Assembly: GCF_036365525.1 (NCBI RefSeq)
Contig: NC_090372.1
Location: forward strand, 204,886,298 to 204,950,297
From: Heterodontus francisci
Taxonomy: Eukaryota
Direction of reading: 5' to 3'
Length of the DNA: 64,000 bases
The position numbers and the translations under genes are program-made. Shown one piece after another: positions 58,840-64,000 of this stretch (positions are counted from its first letter, which is position 1; each line of letters opens with the position of its first letter). The notes under the pieces are model-generated. The model was not told where the DNA came from. It searched no databases and saw nothing but the letters and a program-made list of their open reading frames with translations.

Positions 58840-60545
58840 ACTAAGGTGCTCCTTTCAGCAGAGAAGGCTAAGGAGAGATTTAATGGAGATGTTCAAAATC
58901 ATGAAGGGTTTTGAACTGATAGAAGGGTCAATAACCAGAGGACACAGATCTAAGGTAATTGGCAAAAGCACCGAGTAAGATGAGGAGAATTTGTTTGATG
59001 CAGTTAGTTGTTAAGCTCTGGAATGCACTGCCTGAAAAGAAGGTGGAAGCAGATTCAATAGTAATTTCCAGGAGGGAACAGGATAAATATTGAAATGGTT
59101 ATGGGCAAAGAGCAGGGAAGGGATTAATTGGATAGCTCTTTCAAAGAATGTGCAACTGCTGTTTATCGATATCTTTAAACAACAGGCACAACGGGTCAAA
59201 TGGCCTCCTTCTGTGCTGTATGTTTATAGGATTCTAATTCTATAAGACTCTCCTTTATAATGCTCTCCCTGTAATGAAGCAACTGAGCCATCAATTCGAA
59301 GCATCTTCACTTCATGTTTCATTTTATGTTATGGGATGTTCACCTTGTCTTGATATGCAGAAACTTGAGTCTTCTTATAACCATGGCATTGCACATAAAT
59401 AGCAAGGAAGTTATGATGCATCTTAATAAAACACGTGTGGCCTCAACTGGAGTATTGTGTCCAGTTCTGGGCTCCACATTTTAGGAAGTATGTGAAGGCT
59501 TTAAAGAGGGTGCAGAAAAGATCTAAGAGACTGGTTCCAGGGTTGAGAGACATCAATTAGTAGCTGTGGCAGATGGAATTTAATCCTAAGCACCACACTA
59601 TAGGAAAGATGTGATTGCACTGGAGAGGGTGCAGAGGAGATTCACCAGGATGTTGCCTGGGCTGGAGCATTTCAGCGATGAAGAGAGACTGGATAGGCTA
59701 AGGTTGTTTTCCTTGGAGCAGAGAAGGCTGAGGGGGGACCTGATTGAGGTATACAAAATTATGAGGGGCATAGATAGGGTAGACAGGAAGAAACTTTTTT
59801 CCTTAGCGGAGGTGTCAATAACCAGGGGACATAGATTTAAGGTAAGGGGCAGGAGGCTTAGAGGGGATTTGAGGAAAATAATTTTCACCCAGAGGGTGGT
59901 TGGAATCTGGAACACACTGCCTGAAGGGGTGGTAGAAGCAGGAACCCTCACAACATTTAAGAAGTATTTAGATGAGCACTTGAAACGCCATAGCATACAA
60001 GGCTATGGGCCAAGTGCGGGAAAATGGGATTAGAATAAGTAGGCTTGATGGCCGGCACAGACACGGTGGGCCGAAGGGCCTGTTTCTGTGCTGTATAACT
60101 CTATGACTTTATGATAGATTGGAGACACTGGGGTTGTTCTCCTTGGAGAAGAGAAGGTAGAGAGGAGATTTGATAGAGATATTCAAAATCATGAGGGGTC
60201 TGGACAGAGTAGATAGAGAGAAACTGTTGCTATTGGCAGAAGGATCCAGAACCAGAGGGCACTGATTTAAGGTGAATGGCAAAAGAAACAATGGCGACAT
60301 GGGAAAAACTTTTTTATGCAGTGAGTGGTTAGAATGTGGAATGTACTACCTGAGGGGGCGGTGGAGGCAGATTCAGTTGTGGCTTTCAAAAGGGAATTGG
60401 ATAAACACCTGAAGGGGAAAAAGTTGGCAGGGCTAATGGGAAAGGCCAGGGGAGTGGGACTAGCTGAATTGATCTTGCAGAGAGCTGGCATGGACATGAC
60501 AGGCTGAATGGCCTCCTTCTGTGCTGTAACCATTCTATGATTCTA
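58840..60545 (+). mobile_element. Cluster of four CR1 3' fragments (58840-59240, 59400-59560, 59590-60108, 60112-60545)
   Basis: ORFs 59611-60033 and 60325-60507; repeated CR1 3' UTR stems and tails. Confidence 0.85.
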
Positions 60546-60744
60546 AGAGAATGTTTAAATGGCTCCTATATTATTAACTGGATATCCTTTGATAAACGAC
60601 CTTGTTGTCAGTCCTTCATCGCCTGCATTTTACAAATACAATTACTGTGTGAAGTCATTACATTAAAAATAATAAAGCATCGATATAACTCAGTGAGCTA
60701 CTGCAAAAAGGAGCTTGTTTTTAAATTAGAATTCTGAGCAAGCA

Positions 60745-61325
60745 TCACAGAAATAAAAAGCTGAAGATCCTGAAATCTTAAATAACAACAGAAATTGCTG
60801 GGAATATGCAGCAGGCCAGTTAGCACCTGTAAAGAGAAAAGATAGGGTTGTGACATTTAGGGTGTGATGAAGGAGAGGACTCGCTTTATACAAGCTCAGG
60901 ATGTGTTTTGCAACCAATGAAGTACTTTTTTTGAAGTGCAGTCAACATTACAGTGCCGCAGCCAATTTTTGCACAGCAAGCTCCCACAAACAGATAATTT
61001 TTTTGAGTGATTCAGGCTAGGACACCAGACAGAACTCTTGTTCAAAGCAGTGATATGAGATCTGAAAGGGAGGACACTGCCTTGGTTTAACATCTTACCC
61101 AAACAACAGCTCCTCAGAGCCTACAGCACTCTCAGCCTAATTTTCTTCTGTTAATTCCCTGGAGTGGGCCTTGAACCCACAATCTCCATAGAGGAATATG
61201 TGCTACCAATGGAGCCAGCCTGATATATCACAGAATGCAGGCCTAAAACATCATAACCTGCCTTCTCTTCACAGATGCTGACTGATCCGCAGTGCATTCC
61301 CAATATTATTTGTTTTCATTTCTGA
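60745..61325. mobile_element. Inverted pair of Penelope-like terminal fragments flanking a degenerate Deu-SINE (60880-61220, -)
   Basis: 60780-60862 aligns with the reverse complement of 61241-61325. Confidence 0.55.
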
Positions 61326-62324
61326 GAAGATACGTTTTCGATCACAAATTATTTTCAAAATGACTATCTGCCTGAGCTGGCATGGAAGAGTACAGAATGT
61401 AGAGAGCAGAAAAAAGGCATCAATCCATAAACATACATGTAATTACCACACAGCTTGAACAAGATGGAGAACTCTAATAGGCTGCAAATTAGAGTCGGTG
61501 ATGGTATTATATAAGCAGTTAGAGTCCTCATTTCAAGATCTGCTATTTTAATGGAGGATTTAACCTCTTTCAAATAAATAGGCTAAACACCTCCATAAAA
61601 TTAGTGGAGAGGAATTTGATATGATTACATTAAAGCACTTCCACAATAACATCGCCAAGAGTGATTGAATAATTTCAGACTTGGTACAGAATGTTGGTTC
61701 TAGTTTCAGAGGTTTCAGCTTGATTGCTTGGCTAGCAGAGTTGAAAATGGGGGTGGATCCAGGAAAGAGTGGGGGTGGGGAAGGGGTTAGGGGTCAGGGG
61801 GTTAGAGGTGAGATCATGGCCCATTTTGATATTTGTTCTGCTGCTCAGAGAAATTTATCCACAGCCTCCACAATGAAAGTCTCCACATGGTTAAGAAGGG
61901 ACGTGGGTATACACTTAAAGAAAAATAATTGCAGAGGCACTGGGGAATGCACAGGGGATTAGGACTAGTTGGACAGCACTTTCAAAGAGCTGGCACAGAC
62001 ACGATGGACAGAATGGCCTCCTTCTGAGCTGCATGATTCTATGATCATGGACTGGGAAATTTGGACTGTTAAACACTAGCCTCCTGGAGTCTATTTTGGA
62101 TTTTAAAAGTTTCTGGATAACTCACAGGTAACAATCCCAGTGAGCACTGGGATTAATGCCTTTTTGGGGATTTTCTTTTGGCAATACCTCATCGATGTTA
62201 TCAGGGAAATAGTTTTGGAATAAACATTTTGCAAGCTGGAGAACCCCTCTGCTACGGCTCCCTGAAAAGACCGGCATATCCCCTCAGAACAAATCCCACA
62301 TTAACCGTGGTATGGATCCTTCAT

Positions 62325-62965
62325 GAGTCTTGAGAATGAAACAGGGAGATTTATGTGCAGTGCAAGCGAGCGAGGGCTTAGAAAGATTAAAGGCAAAAAC
62401 AGACATGCAATGTGAGCCAATAAATCCATCAGTCCAAGTGTCATTGGGACCTGGAGCTCCACATCCACAACTTATCAGATAAACCAGAGGAGGCAGCAGT
62501 TACCATTTTATGGAGGTTTGTGGAGACTCCTGCAGTAAATCCCACTACAAGGGCCTGTCCTTCATTTATTCCAACTCTGCTACAACCTCCGCTCCCCAAC
62601 ATACCCCTCCCCCATCGATATTTCACCACCCCAAGCCACTTTGTTGCTTCCAGTTACCATGGATCTCCTCATGATATCATGTCCACCGTTATTTCTTCTT
62701 TTTTGACCTGATGATATCTTTCAAAACAGCTCCTTCTTTCTATTATTACAACCTGTCCTTTTGATCACAAGTATATTGCTGGATATTTATTTGATGTTTG
62801 GCCTGATGGATTTATTGACCCTATTATTCCCACATTGCAAAAATATTTAGATGGACTCATTTCTCCCTGTCTGCTTTTGCCTTTAATCTTTCTAAGCCCT
62901 TGCTTGTTTCCAGTGCACATAACTCTTCCAGCTCCTTCCCTTCACTGACTTCATTCTCGAGGCTG
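62325..62965. repeat. Long imperfect inverted repeat (arms ~110-165 bp)
   Basis: Perfect 26-bp core 62373-62398 vs 62875-62900, plus CAATAAATCCATCAG / CTGATGGATTTATTG. Confidence 0.85.
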
Positions 62966-63879
62966 AAAATGACGGCTGGAGGTCGAGGTGAGAAATTCTT
63001 TTACGCAGCAAGTTGTTACGATCTGGAATGCGCTACCTGAAAAGGATGTGAACTTTCAGAAGGAATTTGCAGGGCCATGGGGAAAGAGCAGGGGTGGGAG
63101 TGGGACTATTTGGTCACTCTTTCAAAGAGCCAGCACAGGTGGGATGGGCCGAATGGCCTCCTGTAATGATTCGATAATGCTGGACCAAAGCTGCGTTTGA
63201 AGTGGGTTTTGATATGAGCGGATGCTCAACTCTTTTTAGGACTGTAGAGAAGGCCTCTGCAGGTTTGAAACTCTTTATTTTAAAAAGATGCCTTAGTGAC
63301 ACAGGTGAGGTGTTCGCGAGAGAGAATGATAAATATAAAGAAACATGAACAATTTTATTTCAAGAAATCCTCTGTTGATAGATGAGTGATCTGAACTGCC
63401 CTTCAATCTGGTCCCCTCTTCACAATGAACCCCAGCCCAAGGCGTTCTAGTCCAGTTTATCCACTGCTTTTTTTGGGCATAAAGGTTGTAGGGTCAATTG
63501 AGGGTTATCCGACAAGGAGCATTTCTCTTCTGCTTTTGTTTTAGGTATTATTCGACAAGCCTGTAATCTTAAAGGAGGTGAAAAGGCGGAAGGTGGGGGA
63601 TGTGAGGCACGGACGCTCTGTGCGTAAGGGCCTGTGCGTTGGGTGTTTATGAATCGTTTTCAATCTCTGTAGCCCAGTGTTTCTCACCATGATATTCACC
63701 TATTGTAGGAAAGGTTGTTCCATTTTAGAAACCTGATTATCTAAAAAATACAATATGTGCAACATCATTTAAAACATTGAGCGATAGGAGCAGTAATGTA
63801 TTGGGGAAAGCTTTACCTGCAATTTCCCCTCCAAATCACACACCATCCTAGCTGGGACAAATATCACCATTTATTCATG

Positions 63880-64000
63880 TTCACTGGGGCAATAACCTGG
63901 AATTCCCTACCTAACACCGTTGCGGGATCACCATCACCATAAGGACATTGGTGGTTCAAGAAGAAAGCCAACCATCATGACCTTCTCAGGGCAACTAGCA
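63880..64000 (+). mobile_element. Family-B LINE 3' fragment
   Basis: CACTGGG..CCTGGAATTCCCTACCTAACA..GGTTCAAGAAG..CCTTCTCAGGGCAACTAG. Confidence 0.7.

Overview
Eukaryotic, repeat-dense DNA, most likely from a cartilaginous fish (shark), judged from HE1-type V-SINEs, SacSINE1-type Deu-SINEs and abundant HER1/CR1 LINEs. I recognise no host protein-coding gene, rRNA, intact tRNA or CRISPR array; nearly all ORF-track entries are fragments or antisense frames of transposable elements. Main contents: (1) a ~5.5 kb array of a 55-bp unit amplified in situ from the ORF2 end of a CR1, with a young CR1 insertion duplicated inside it; (2) many 5'-truncated CR1 copies, plus one copy reaching the ORF1 esterase; (3) a second CR1-group LINE family ('family B') whose near-complete copy has a tRNA-like head directly upstream of ORF2 and no visible ORF1; (4) a decayed Gmr1-like (integrase-before-RT) Gypsy element whose RT is replaced by an LTR-like segment; (5) a decayed autonomous Harbinger (transposase plus spliced Myb/SANT gene) with an internal 24-bp minisatellite, and five related MITEs; (6) an RTE fragment, hAT MITEs, L2 fragments and Penelope-like terminal fragments with degenerate hammerhead ribozyme cores. 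A few unique stretches hold plausible + strand splice acceptors. Family names come from motif recognition, not database searches. Boundaries are approximate unless junction sequences are quoted. I found no firm evidence of a wholly new biological system; the best candidates are the tRNA-headed single-ORF LINE with its bipartite derivative, and the LINE-born satellite.
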